64,000 nt of DNA, taken from contig NC_042998.1 in NCBI RefSeq assembly GCF_006345805.1, positions 159,402,001-159,466,000 on the forward strand, in the 5' to 3' direction. Made by a program: the position numbers and the translations under genes. The notes beneath the pieces were generated by a model. It had not been told where the DNA came from and ran no database searches. It worked only from the letters and a program-made list of their open reading frames with translations. Below, piece after piece: positions 39,239 to 52,088 of the stretch; position 1 is the stretch's first letter; the number at the start of each line of letters is the position of its first letter. This stretch comes from Octopus sinensis (lineage: Eukaryota).

Positions 39239-39751
39239 TCTATATATATAAAACTGTAGTTGTGTGAGTGTCTGTCCCCTTCGATTTAGATTCCTAACTA
39301 CTCCCACATTTTGCGGTGCAGTTTAACCAAATTCGGGTATCTTATAGTCGTGATTCATATCGAGCCCGTCTGAGTATTAGCGCGCGTCTACGATGAGTCT
39401 ACGATTTTAAAAATAATTTAACATCATTTTTTATTCCATTTTAATGCATAATTTTTCGTGTGTCGATGGCGGCGGAGTTGGCGTCCATGGTCACACCTGC
39501 ACCTGTTTGCTTCTCCCCCTTCTTTCCTCCCTCGTGAAGCTGTGGGGAAGGGAGTGTAAGGAAATCAACGTCGTAAAGCGTTGTCAAGGAGATCAGCGTT
39601 CTTTTAGAACAACGACTTCATGACTTGAAGACACCAAAACAGAAATGGCTAAGAAGGCCCGAATTGGCATCTATAAGGGAAGTAACTCTCTAAAAATGCT
39701 TATATAGTTATTTCCCTTACAAACCCGAGCAACGCCGGGCGATACTGCTAG
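39239..39751 (+). mobile_element. Non-autonomous Helitron, copy 1 of a tandem
   Basis: A|TC start, cccgagcaacgccggg hairpin, CTAG end. Confidence 0.9.
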
Positions 39752-40139
39752 TCTTTATATATAAAAGAAAGGTTCTGTGTCTGTCTACTCCGATTTAGAT
39801 TCCTAACTACTCCCACATTTTGCGATGCAGTTTAACCAAAACCGGGTAGCTTATAGTCGTGATTCATATCGAGCCCTTCTGGGTATTAGCGCGCGTCTAC
39901 GATGAGTCTACGATTTTAAAAATAATTTACCATCATTTTTTCCATTTTAATGCATATTTTTTTTATTAAGGGAAGTAACTCTCTAAAAATGTCTACGATG
40001 AGTCAACGATTTAAAAAAAATTACCATAATTTTTTTTCCATTTTTAATGCATTTTTTGCTATTTTTGGCTATAACTCTCTAAAAATGCTTTATAGTTATT
40101 TCCCTTACAAACCCCAGCAATGCCGGGCGATACTGCTAG
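39752..40139 (+). mobile_element. Non-autonomous Helitron, copy 2, joined head-to-tail
   Basis: TC start directly after the CTAG of copy 1, shared internal segment, CTAG|T end. Confidence 0.9.
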
Positions 40140-40469
40140 TTCATCATAAATCCAGTTTTTTTTATTATAATGGTAATTTGCATGCAGTGTGAAATATGTT
40201 TTTTATATACTTTGGTATGAAAATTATTATAATGAATTTACTTACTTGAAGTTAAAGATCATATTTTGTACATTTTCAAATTTTTATATTAGGAACTCGG
40301 TTTAATAATTATCGTGACATCGTAATTCACACGAGTCTCTTTCCATTTTAAGATGTCACAGAATGTACAACATATAGTGATTTCAATACTTTTGAGCAAC
40401 GAACTTTTTAAGGTTTTTTTTTAAGAGCGTACGCATTTTTCGATTCTAGTATATAAATGTACGTACGTA

Positions 40470-41033
40470 TGTAGCAGGCTGGATGTGATGTGCCATATCA
40501 ATTCGATTTAATGTAGCCCACTACTAATTGTAGCGTGTAGGTTCTAGCGTCGGAGTAACCAGTAAACATCGAAGAATCAACACCAAGAAGGAAGAAATAT
40601 TATTTACATATGTTTATTCGTTTGCCCGACAGGTAGTTAAGGAGTCAGTAGCAATTCTAGTGATAGTAACAAGGATGGCTAGCTGGTTAGTAGTTGGTAG
40701 TGTGGAAAAAGGTTGTCTGTCAGTAGAGGGTGAAAGAGTAAGGAATGCACGGTGCTGACAAGAAAGGATAGAGGCAGCATCGTCTTTCTTGCGGCCGTTG
40801 AGAGGGCTGCTCTTGGTCATGGCTGACGCAAAAGAGCGTGTTGCTTCTTGGTCATAGCTGACACGTAAGAGGAAGAGATAGGAAATACTCTCTGTTATAT
40901 AGACTATGGTCAGTAATGCAGGTCAAACCCTAAACAAAGGACTAACCTTTCCTTGACCAATACAGGTCCTAGGGCGTCGAGTGTTTCCTCATCAATCATC
41001 TGGTGTGGAGCAGGATCGAGCTAGATCTCTACA
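40470..41033 (-). mobile_element. Solo LTR (564 bp)
   Basis: TGTAG...CTACA termini, 4-bp TSD CGTA on both sides, minus-strand TATA-like (~40895) and AATAAA (~40615) signals. Confidence 0.8.
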
Positions 41034-41094
41034 CGTATGTATGTATGTATGTATACATACATACATACATACATACATACATACATACATACAT

Positions 41095-41313
41095 AAGATA
41101 TGGCAACTTAAAAGAGACAACATACATTTCTCAGTTTCTTGGAATATTGTTTCTTCTGCCCCCTCTTATAGAATTAGAAATAGAACGTGCCTTTTATGCC
41201 TTGAAGAGTCTTATATAATTATGAAAATGAACGGTTCTATTATAAATTCAAAAGATGAAAGTGTTTTCTCTTGTAAACATATGTCCAAATTTCTTTTAAT
41301 TAACCTTAAATAG
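41095..41313 (+). mobile_element. Penelope-like ORF C-terminus
   Basis: KIWQLKRDNIHFSVSWNIVSSAPSY...CLLCLEE...INSKDESVFSCKHMSKFLL matches the C-terminal CxxC/C-H pattern after the GIY-YIG domain of PLEs. Confidence 0.8.
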
Positions 41314-41869
41314 TCTTATTGATTACCTCTTTTCATTTTCTTATTAGTTCTTATTACACTCTAAGGTTATGTGTATGTATGTATGTATGTATGTATGTAT
41401 GTATGTATGTATGTATGTACGTATGTATGTGTATGTATGTATGCATGTATGTATGTATGTATGTATGTATATATGTATGTATGTTTGCGTGGGTATGTTT
41501 ATGCACTTGCGCTCGTGTTTTATATGTATCTGTGTATATATATGTATGTATATGTGTGTATGTATATGTATGTATGTTCATATATATATATATGTGTGTG
41601 TGTGTGTGTACATATGTATATCTTTCTGTGTGTGTATTTTTATGTGTATGCATACTTATATATGCATATATGTAGATATTCGCATGTAGGTATGTATGCA
41701 TGATTTACTTGTGTGTTTTTGTGTTTGCGCATGAATATATTATATCTTTTTGTCTACATGTGTATATACAAGTGTATGTATGTATATTTGTTTTGTATGT
41801 ATATGCATGTTTTTGTGTGTGAATACATTAACACGGTGTGTATATCTGTGACTCCCGTCACTGACACGT

Positions 41870-42390
41870 GACCAGAGGTCTACTGCCTTTCTGACTACTA
41901 CTTCCAACAAGTGTAGACGGATTTCTCTGTCCCTCTCAAGCCGTTTTCAAAGTGTTCAAAATAATTTTTCTTTCGTTCAGACTTAACAGCCCTTAATGTT
42001 TGTATTACTGTTATTCTTCTTGTCCTGTCTTTTACTGTTTTTATTTGTATTGTCTTTGCTGTCCTGTTTTTACCCCTCCGCAAAAAATCTCAAATTTTAT
42101 TTAATTTGCTTTGCGAGAAGGACTGTTTCCACGAAGTCGTGTCTCGCCTTTACCTTCGAAACACGGAGTAGACGAAACTGAGGCGGCTGAAGAAGGGGAA
42201 TTTTCCTTGTGTTGTATGTCTTTTACTCTGTTTTTTCGTTGTTTAAAAAAATTTCCGTTTCCTTGGTTTTGTTTTTATGTTTTCGCTTCTCATCGTGTTC
42301 GACGTTTTTTTGGTATCCTGTAACCATATATGCATGTATATATACATATAGATGTAGGTACGTACATATATGTATGTATATATGCCTATG
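41870..42390 (+). repeat. Putative Penelope-associated pLTR-like repeat family
   Basis: ctgaagaaggggaattttccttgtgtt...tgttcgacgttttt; copies at 53017, 57405 and 58210. Confidence 0.7.
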
Positions 42391-42408
42391 TTCTATTTTG
42401 TTATTTTG

Positions 42409-42495
<87 letters not shown>

Positions 42496-42662
42496 TATGT
42501 ATGTATGTATGTATGAATGTATTTCTATAGGTTTTTTAATGCTATTCTTTGGTGCATTTTGCATGCACATTTGTGTTTTTTTATTTTTTGTTTGGATGAA
42601 TGTGTATATATTATGTCTATTTTATGTGTGCACATGTGTATATGTGTGTATCTCTGTGTGTG

Positions 42663-42711
<49 letters not shown>

Positions 42712-42744
42712 CATACGTAAAAACTATAGGGTAGCGAGTTTTTT

Positions 42745-42950
42745 TTAGAAATTTCACTAACAGTGGCCTAGCATGTATAAAAGAAGTCAATAGACAACAT
42801 ATTCTCAATATAAAATAGCGTACATTTAAACACAAGATAAACTACCTTTAGCAGGCAGTTTTACACTCTAGAAGAAGTTTTGGCTGCTTCTCCTAGCGTG
42901 TAAAACTGCCTGTTAAAGGTAGTTTCTCTTGTGTTTAAATGAACACTATA
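42745..42950. repeat. Foldback repeat related to the 60.3-61.0 kb complex
   Basis: catttaaacacaagataaactacctttagcaggcagttttacac / gtgtaaaactgcctgttaaaggtagtttctcttgtgtttaaatg. Confidence 0.8.
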
Positions 42951-43024
42951 TATATATATATATATATAATATAGATATGCACACATGTATGTACATGTTT
43001 ATGTTTTATGTATGTTTGTAGGTG

Positions 43025-43064
<40 letters not shown>

Positions 43065-44338
43065 CATGTATGTGTGTATGCGTATATAGCTGTATATGTT
43101 TATGTATATTTATTTATTTATATTTATATACGTCTTGTGTGAATACGTACTTCTTTATTTTACTTGTATCTTCCCTCATACTTGCACCCCTGTATGCGTG
43201 TGTATGAGTGTATGTACGTTTTTGTGTGTGTGTATATGTGTGTTGTGTATGTATGTATGTATGTATGTATATGTGTATGACTTTATATCCTTATGTGTTA
43301 AGTGTATATGTTTTTTTCTATCAAGTGTAATTTTATAATAATTTTCTCCTTCATATATTCGTTTTCTGTTCCTACTTTTTTCTGATTGTCACCCCTATCC
43401 CATGCTAGTTTTTGAGTAAGGTAACTATCTTGAATACACCGGCCGGTCTTGGCTGTAATCGATGTTTTTTCCTTGTTAAGTCTTCTTTGAGTTTTTTCTC
43501 TGCTTGTATGTACATTTTTGCTTAAATGTTGTAACTTTTTCTAACATAGTCTTGCCTATCACTTTTAGCCTCGTGTAATATATATATATATATATATATA
43601 TATTCGTTTTTCAATATTAATATGTATATGTATAACTCTCTATGGTTTTTTCTATTAGTCCACCTGTTACGTTATATTCTACTATACACACGTGGCCCTG
43701 TTTATTATACTTTGTCTTGACCTGTTAGCATTTTTTAAAACATATTCATTAGATTTTATTCTTATTTTTATGCTACAGTTTACTGCACGTATAGACGTGC
43801 ATACACATTGATATGTCTGTCTTTTTTCTCTTTCATCTCTCTTACTATTATTATTACTGTCATTTTTTCCCTTTAACAACTTGCTTGTAAATATCCGACT
43901 TGTTGCCTATTACCCCATTTGTTTTCTCCCTTATTGTATCTTATTTTAATTTATTTTATTTTATTAAACCTTTTGTGATGTCCTTACAAAAATTCCTCAC
44001 ACTGAGGAAAATGAAAATTCATAAATTTAATTATAATTACTAAGATTATAATTTTTTCTTACATATTTGTATTGTCCTTTGAAACGTGCGTATGTATTGA
44101 ATCCTATTTCGTATTAAATGTAATTTTGATTCAACATCTTTTTCTCCTCCATTTTTCTATAATTGTTTATGGTAAAGTTATACCTATAATGATATTTTTC
44201 AACTACTATTTCCATATTCTTATTACTTGCTCTGGCTGTTTTTTTTATGAAAATGATGAATCTTTATTAGAAATCATTCTTTCTCTCTTTTTGGACCTCT
44301 CAAAAAGTTTGAATTGTTATCTTTTGAACTTATTTTCC

Positions 44339-44386
<48 letters not shown>

Positions 44387-44389
44387 GTA

Positions 44390-44605
44390 TTTGTGTGTGT
44401 CTGTATTTGTCCCCCTGCCATCGCTTGACAACCAATGCTGGTATGTTTATGTCTCTGCAACTTAGCAGTTCAGCAAAAGAGATCAATAGAGATCAAAGTA
44501 TTGGGCTTACAAGGAATAAGTCTTGGGATCGCTTTCTTTGACTAAAACCATTTAAGGTGGTGCCCCATATTAGCCACAGTCAGATGACTGGAACAAGTAA
44601 AAGAA
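44390..44605 (+). mobile_element. SINE family B 3' half, CpG-decayed
   Basis: cttgacaaccaatgctggtatgtttatgtctctgcaacttagcagttcagcaaaagag...ggtggtgcccca...acaagtaaaagaat. Confidence 0.8.
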
Positions 44606-44615
44606 TATATATATG

Positions 44616-44659
<44 letters not shown>

Positions 44660-44686
44660 ATATATACATATATATATACATATATA

Positions 44687-44773
<87 letters not shown>

Positions 44774-44776
<3 letters not shown>

Positions 44777-46082
44777 GTTGGCACACAAAATAGTAACTTG
44801 GGTTCCATAGCATAAGGTAAATACAGAAATAAAGTTACAGACACAAAAAAATCTACCAGCCTTTCATTTGCAAGTGTCAAAGTGTTATTTTGACTGCTTG
44901 TAATTGTTAAACAAAGATGGTGCACAAGTTGACTGTTTGCTATATTATTTTCACTGCATCCTCAACAGATTTGTTGATTTTTAAGATTGCTTTGAGTGAA
45001 CATTTTTAACCTTTTCTGCAAGATGATATACTCAGTCGCAGAAAGAATGGAGATTGTGGAAGTGAATGTGAGAACAGGTTCTGCTAAGCAAAAGCATGAA
45101 GTTTTTTGAAGTCAAGTTTCTGCTTAAAGGTTTGTTGGCAAAAAGAACAATACAAATGTTGATTGAGACGTGGTGCACAATGGGGTCAGAGTACAACACT
45201 CCAAAACTAAGACACCCAACAATTTGAATGCCAGGAGTAACTCAGGATAGTCATCAAAGAATTATTTGAAGTCCAAATGAGTCAGATCTTAAATTGGTGC
45301 AGTAGTCTCTTATAAGCTGGTCATGCCAACAGCTGTTGAAAAGTCTAAGGTTTAAGCCATATCATTTCACATGTGTGCAGCAATTAAAAGTGGATGGCAA
45401 GAAGAAAACAAGTAAATTACTGCACATGGCTTCTGAATAGCATTGCTAATAGTGAGCTACACCCACTATATAATGAATGACAAGGTACGGTTTCATCTCT
45501 CCAGCCATGTAAATTCACAAAATGCACAGTACTAAGCAGTGGATAATCCACACCTTGTGTATGAAAAGTCACTCCACAATAAAAAAAAAAATAGGCGTTT
45601 AGTGTTTAGGACATGCATCATTGAACTCATATTTTATGACAACTCTGTCAACATAGAAGTCTACATGAACATTGGTCCACATGACCAGTTTTGTGTTCAA
45701 CACGCTGAAGATGAAAGACAGGTGTACTTCTTCCAGCAGGACAGAGTGACTTTCCATATTTCTCTGGTGTCCATACAGTGAGCCCATGACTGAGAAACAC
45801 ACAGCTAGCAAAACTTGTGGCCACCACATTCTTCTAACTATTCAATGTGTGTTTATTATCTCTGGGAACACTTGTAGAGCACAGTATACAAAAGAAGTCC
45901 GCACATACTACAGGAACTGAAGGCTAATATCATGCATGTGGCCATCACCATCAATGTCACTATTTTATGCCGGGTGCCCCTAAATATGGTTAGAGGTGCA
46001 CAGCTGTTTATGGATGCTACAGGAAATTATTTTCAAAATCTTCTATGATGGTGAGTCCTTTCCAGCACTTGTAAATTTCTGT
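44774..46082 (+). mobile_element. Tc1/mariner-superfamily transposon relic (maT/DUF4817-like)
   Basis: MIYSVAERMEIV, RFKPYHFTCVQQLK, DKVRFHLSSHVNSQN, FFQQDRVTFH, LWPPHSSN...YLWEHL*STVY...LQELKANI. Confidence 0.8.
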
Positions 46083-46654
46083 ATATATATTCAAATGTGA
46101 ATTAGATGCAACACTAGTGTTGTAAACATTATCAAACTCACATACTCAATGTAAGCAAAGTATATACATTGAGTGTGTTCGATAATAAATATATATTATC
46201 TGTTTCCAACACAGACAGATGTTATGTCTCTCGACTCCTCACTGAGATGAGTTGTAACATCTGGCTGTGTTGTAAAGAAAACAATAAACAAGTATCTCTA
46301 CTCAGTTTGTGACATTGATTTCATTTTTATTGCCAATTACTATGATTACCTGACAGAAACCTAGCTATCTATGTATATGTGTATGATTGTAACTAGGTGT
46401 GCATGTGTGTGTGTGTTGATGTAGATATTATGCTTATGATCTGGTGATGTTCAAATTTAATCTTTATTTTTTTTCTAAAAGATTGATAGTATGTCTTCTA
46501 ACATTTCATTGGAAACAATAGCATTTCAAAGTCCATTAACTTTTCAAGACATTCCTGGTCTCTTCATCTGAATAAAATGCTGGTAGTAGTGCTGCATTGT
46601 TTGTGTTTTTTGTCTTTGGCAGCAAAGAATCATGGGAATAATATTAAAACTGTT

Positions 46655-46855
46655 GTTTCAGGTTCAGTCCCACTGCACTCTTCTGACTATAACTTTGGGC
46701 CAAACAATGACTTCTGAGTGAAATGCTAGACTGAAGATGTGAAGAAGCCCATTGTGTATGTGTGTGTATGCAAGCCTGGTAAAAGAAATGGTTATATTTC
46801 TTTGAGTAAATGCGTAAATGTGAAGAAACAACCTCTTTTGGGAAGTTCATAGTAG

Positions 46856-46917
<62 letters not shown>

Positions 46918-47100
46918 CGTATGTATGTATGTATGTAGGTATGTATGTATGTATGTGTGTAAATATGTATGTAAGTATGTATGTAAGCATGCATGCATGT
47001 ATCTATGTATGCATACATGCATGCATATATGTATGCATGTATCTATGTGTGTATGTATATATATGCATGCATGTATGCATGCATCTATGTATGCAATGTT

Positions 47101-47132
<32 letters not shown>

Positions 47133-47332
47133 CTTTATGTTTGTCACCCACTGCAGCTTCACAATTGGTGTTTTGTTTACATCACCCATAACTTAGCAGT
47201 TTGTCATAAGTGACCGGTAAAATAAGAACCAGACTTAAAAAATAAATACTGGAGTAGATTTGTTCCACTAAACACTTCAAGGCAGTGCCACAACATACCC
47301 ACAGTTCAATTATTGTAACAAGTAAAAGATAA
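46655..47332 (+). mobile_element. SINE family B with an expanded internal microsatellite
   Basis: Head remnant 46655-46755, (TA)/(TATG)/(TG) array, tail 47130-47332. Confidence 0.7.
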
Positions 47333-47724
47333 ATGTTAAAACAGTCCATGACTGGTAACTTTCAATGTTTATTTTATGTATATATCTTTGAATTGGTGTT
47401 TGGTTTATATAATATCTTGCTGTTAATAACACTTTCATATTTAACCATTTCATTTTTGTGGAATTCTAAAAAAAAAAAAAAGATAGAGGTGCTGTCAACT
47501 AATATTTTTCTATTAAGTTTTGTTTCATGTACTGTATTATAATGCCCCAAAATAATTCTTTGATGTAAATGCAAGGACTACAAATGAAAGTGTGCTGTAC
47601 TTTCATGTTTCCTGTAACTGTTTAAGTCATATTCTATTGTTTGCAAGTTTGTGGCTTCACATTGATGAGAACATTTTCATTCTATTTCCTCTAGAAACAT
47701 CTATTATTCTGTGTTATTCTATAT

Positions 47725-47784
47725 GATTGATTGATTGATTCTAGTTTCAGCTTATGAGCTGTGGCCATGCTGGGGCACCGCCAT
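47725..47784 (-). mobile_element. Extremely truncated copy of the CR1 LINE 3' end
   Basis: gattgattgattctagtttcagcttatgagctgtggccatgctggggcaccgccat, identical by eye to ~32597-32651. Confidence 0.9.
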
Positions 47785-47883
47785 ATATAAACTTTAAGAA
47801 CATTTTCTCTTTTCTATTGATTCTGAAACTTCTAACATTCTATGAAGAAAATAAAATAAACACATTCCATAAATTTCCCCCAG

Positions 47884-47927
47884 ATTGCAATTATTTTCAT
47901 TTTTAATGAAATGTCTCACTTCCTAAA
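47884..47927 (+). CDS. Candidate micro-exon (44 nt), product unknown
   Basis: aatttcccccAG acceptor, AAA|GTAAGT donor, open frame IAIIFIFNEMSHFL. Confidence 0.2.
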
Positions 47928-48399
47928 GTAAGTCACAAGTTATATCATGCTGACTACTTCTAAAAGGAACAAAATAGTACTATACATATTTACCAACAAC
48001 TTCACATTGTAAGAATTTTATAAGTGAGCAACAAAATTAAATATGTGAATTCTATGCATCTTTTCCCTCATAATTCCTTAATTTCAAATGTAATTTCCAA
48101 ATCCCTCCTCATATTATGAAGAAATTATTATTTTCCTTGTGGGAGCTGCCATCACTAGGAAAACTATGTTCATTTGAACTACTGTTTTTATGCTTAGATA
48201 CAACACATTGTCTTCAGTTTCATGCGTTTTTTCAATAACATTTAGGTCCATTCTATAACTATGGATGTATTTTGTTGATGAAACATTTGTGTGATTTCTG
48301 GTTGTTATTTGTTTTTTTACTGTGTTGTATTTGTGTGGGTGAATTTGCTCTTGTATTGTCTTTGTCAGCTAACCTTATTGGCTAAAAATTCAAATAAAT

Positions 48400-48562
48400 A
48401 GGTGCAGGTATGGCTGCGTGCTCAAGACATTTGCTTTACAACTAGGATCTCAGATTCAGTCCAACTGTATGTTGCCGTCGGACAAGAGGCTTTTACTCAG
48501 CTCCAAACAAACTGAAGACTCATGAGTGAATTTGGTTGACAGAAACTGGAAAAAAAGCTTGA
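48400..48562 (+). mobile_element. Degraded SINE family B
   Basis: ggtgcaggtatggctgcgtg...ttcagtccaactg...gtgaatttggttgacagaaactg. Confidence 0.65.
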
Positions 48563-48574
48563 AATATATATATA

Positions 48575-49570
48575 TCATCATCATCACCGTCGTCATCGTT
48601 TAACGTCCGCTTTCTATGCTGGCATGGGTTAGACAGTTTGACTCAGGACTGGTAAGCCAGAAGGCTGCACCAGGCTCCAGTTTGATCTGGCAAAGTTTCT
48701 ACAGCTAGATGCTCTTCCTAACACCAACCACTCCGAGAGTGTAGTGTGTGCTTTTACATGCCATCGGCATGAGGGCCAGTCAGACAGTACTGGCAACGAC
48801 CACACTCAAAAGGTATTTTTTATGTGCCACCTGCACGGGAGCTAGTCTGGCGGCACTGGCAATGACCATGCTCAAATGTTTTTCATGTGCCACCAGTACA
48901 TGTGCCAGTAAGGCAACGCTAGTAACAATCACACTCAAATGATGTTGATGGCATAGGAGCTAGTCAGCGGCCCTGGCAACGATCATGCTCAGATGGTGCT
49001 TTTAACGTTCCACTGGCATGTGTGCCAGTCAGGCAGTACTGTCATCAGCCACGTCAGCAATTTTGATTTCACTTGCCTCAACAGGCAAGCAAAGTTTATT
49101 GTCCAAAGAATGAAGTGTACTCATTAGTGGGCTAGTTATACACCACTGGCATAGGCTGCAGGTTATGGGCTTACTTGGCTTGTTGGGTCTTCTCAAGCAC
49201 AGCATATCTCCAAAGGTCTCGATCACTAGTCATTGCCTTGGTGAAACCCATTGTTTGAAGGTCGTTCTTCACCACCTCATCCCAGGTCTTCCTGGGTATA
49301 CCTCTTCCACATTTTCCCTTAACTGCTAGGGTGTGACACTTTTTCACACAGCTGTACTCATCCATTTGCAACACATGACCATACCAGTGCAGTCATCTCT
49401 CTTGCACACCACATCTGATGCTTCTTAAATTCAACTTTTCTCTCAGGGTGCTTACACTCTGTCATGTATGCACACTGACATTACACATCCAGCGGAGCAT
49501 ACTGGCTTCATTCCTTGCAAGCTTACACATGTCCTTAGCAGTCATGGCTCATGTTTCACTGCCATATACA
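48575..49570 (-). mobile_element. 5'-truncated RTE LINE with 3' UTR and (GAT)n tail
   Basis: VYGSET*AMT...ARNEASMLRWMC...LHWYGHVLQMDE...GRGIPRKTWDEVV; tandem ~60-bp units in the UTR. Confidence 0.9.
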
Positions 49571-49617
49571 TACATGTGCATGTGTGTGTGTGTATGAGTG
49601 TGTGAGGTATGTGTGTG

Positions 49618-49654
<37 letters not shown>

Positions 49655-50473
49655 GTATATATATATATATAAGTAATGTGTGTAGCCACTTCAACATGGC
49701 TGTCCATTTGAACAGACTTTACTGTGACCTTTTATCCGAAGAAGACATCTCCTCTAGCACTAGTTTGAACAGATAGCTATGTTGAAGTGGCTACAAACAT
49801 TACTTGTTAGTACGACTACTTCATTGATCTCTTAGAGATTTTAGAACTAGCATTTTTGCTTATATATATATATACACATACATATGGCTCTGTGGTTAAG
49901 AAGTTCACATTGGCAACAGTGAGGGCATCCAGCCAAATCATTTGCTTCAACAAATTTCATCAGCCCCATGCAAGCATGAAAAGTGGACGTTAAAAATGAT
50001 GAAAAAGAAACACTAACACAAAAAAAATATAGCTGCAACATAAATAACTTCATTAACCTTGACCTTTGTCTTGTAATCTATGGTACCAGAGATACGTGCT
50101 AAGGTACAGTATTTGTCATATTCTAAATGTGGTCACCTTTCTCACCTTCACTATAGCAACTACTGCTATGCAATTGTAAATTCAAACTCAGCTGAATTAT
50201 CAAATATTATTGGATTTAGAAATTCAGCTTTAGGTTTACCACAATATTGAGGGAAGAATTTTTCACTTTGCATTTGTCATTATAAAGTATCATATAAAAA
50301 AAGAAATTAATAAACAAATATATGAGATATGTCTCTATTTATTTATTTCACTCACTTATTTGGCTCATATAATTGTGTACTTATACAATTAAAAATTAAA
50401 ACCTAGCAGAAATATCAAATATTGGATTCAGAACTTTGACTCTAGGTTTTTCACTATGTGATGTCTTTTATTG

Positions 50474-50519
<46 letters not shown>

Positions 50520-50633
50520 TGTGTGTGTGTGTGTGTGTGTATATATGTATATATATGTATATATATATGTATATATGTATGTATATATGTATATATATAT
50601 ATGTATATATATATATATGTATATATATGTATA

Positions 50634-50709
<76 letters not shown>

Positions 50710-51254
50710 TGTCATTATGACACTGCTGCTGTAGCTGTCTATTGTAACCAATGGCATGACATTATTTTCAAACAATGGATATAGTGACAGAAGGGTTTTT
50801 CTACTTACAAGAACACTTATCTCTTAATCTCATCTAGTTTTGCTTGTGTTATGTATGTCAGACAGTTTTATTCAACGGTATTTTATTCTCAAATATTAAG
50901 AATCAAATATATTAAATGTTGCTGAAATTATAAGATTACAAGAAATGCTAAACCATAGATGGATAGATGGAACCACACAACATATGACTTCAGTACATAA
51001 ATTCAGCTTATACGAGAGCACAATTTTATAGTATAACTGGATAAGAATTTAAGGGGAAGGTGGTTAATTCCTCAAATTAAATTACAAACACAAGAGCAAA
51101 AACAGGAATATTATCTTCTAAAAGCTTGTTAGAACTTTACCAACTTCAAAATGCTGAAAATTATTAGTTCATTTTATGGCAAAACTAAATATGCAGTCTT
51201 TGATTTGTATTTGATTTTGCTTATTTATAATAATGTTCAGCTCAAAATTTACAG

Positions 51255-51327
51255 GTGTCACTTAGGTATACGGCATCGTAGAGACTATTACTACTTAACC
51301 ACAAGCTATTCAGTAATCAACATTGAG
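51255..51327 (+). CDS. Candidate micro-exon (73 nt), product unknown
   Basis: tttacAG acceptor, GAG|GTAAAT donor, CHLGIRHRRDYYYLTTSYSVINIE; phase-compatible with 47884-47927; CpGs retained in a CpG-poor context. Confidence 0.2.
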
Positions 51328-51461
51328 GTAAATAATCAATACTACCTCCATTTCTAGTAAAACACACAATTGTAATAACATCAACACTTTCTGTTGTCAA
51401 ACTACAGAACAATAGTGTGGCACCAGAATCAAGACATTTTCATATAGCTGCACTTACTTAC

Positions 51462-51527
51462 CTACTGCGTAACAACAGGGAGATGCCTTTCTTAGATTGT
51501 ATATACAAAATTGAAGGTGAATATATT
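51462..51527 (-). CDS. Candidate micro-exon (66 nt), product unknown
   Basis: Strong acceptor tttgtctttattttgttttaattacttCAG and donor AG|GTAAGT; two open frames (YIHLQFCIYNLRKASPCCYAV or IYSPSILYIQSKKGISLLLRS). Confidence 0.3.
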
Positions 51528-51679
51528 CTGAAGTAATTAAAACAAAATAAAGACAAATTTAAAGATATTGCTATTAATGTAAGACTACATACATGTGTGT
51601 GTGTGTGTGCATTTGTTTCTATCTCTCTATATTTATATGCACAAACAAACAGATATAGATATATGTACATTTATATATA

Positions 51680-51782
51680 TTGGAGCCTGGTGCAGCCTTC
51701 TGGCTTGCCAGCCCTCGGTCAGACCGTCCAACCCATGCCAGCATGGAAAGCAGACGTTAAACAATGATGATGATGATGACGA
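51680..51782 (+). mobile_element. RTE 3' tail fragment
   Basis: gcctggtgcagccttctggc...cgtccaacccatgccagcatggaaagcagacgttaaacaatgatgatgat. Confidence 0.85.
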
Positions 51783-52088
51783 TATATGTATTAACATTTA
51801 CATTAATGCAAATGTATGTATACATATGCATGTGTATTTAAGTGTGCATATGTATATATGAGTAGATGTGTAGCACGCTATTACTGCTACCAAAATGTAT
51901 TGTAATAGAAATAAGCAAAATGAAGATTAAAAATCACCTGACGAGACATATTTGCACCTATGAAGCACCACTACTGTTTGTACAGCATCTCACCCATGAG
52001 GCACCAGGGCACAATGGGTCAAAACAATTGTAGTGAATAATAAAGTGTCTCATGAATTCCATTCTTCTCTCATATTTTTATATATATA

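Noticed and set aside
42200-42230. CTGAAGA plus hairpin as a hammerhead (also 53023, 57620, 60411)
   Set aside because: No GAAA follows stem II.
46141-46285. H/ACA snoRNA interpretation (ATAATA hinge, downstream ACA)
   Set aside because: The stems lack pseudouridylation pockets 14-15 nt from the boxes.
50356-50402. Minus-strand 47-nt exon candidate linking to 51462-51527
   Set aside because: Its only open frame is phase-incompatible with the upstream candidate.
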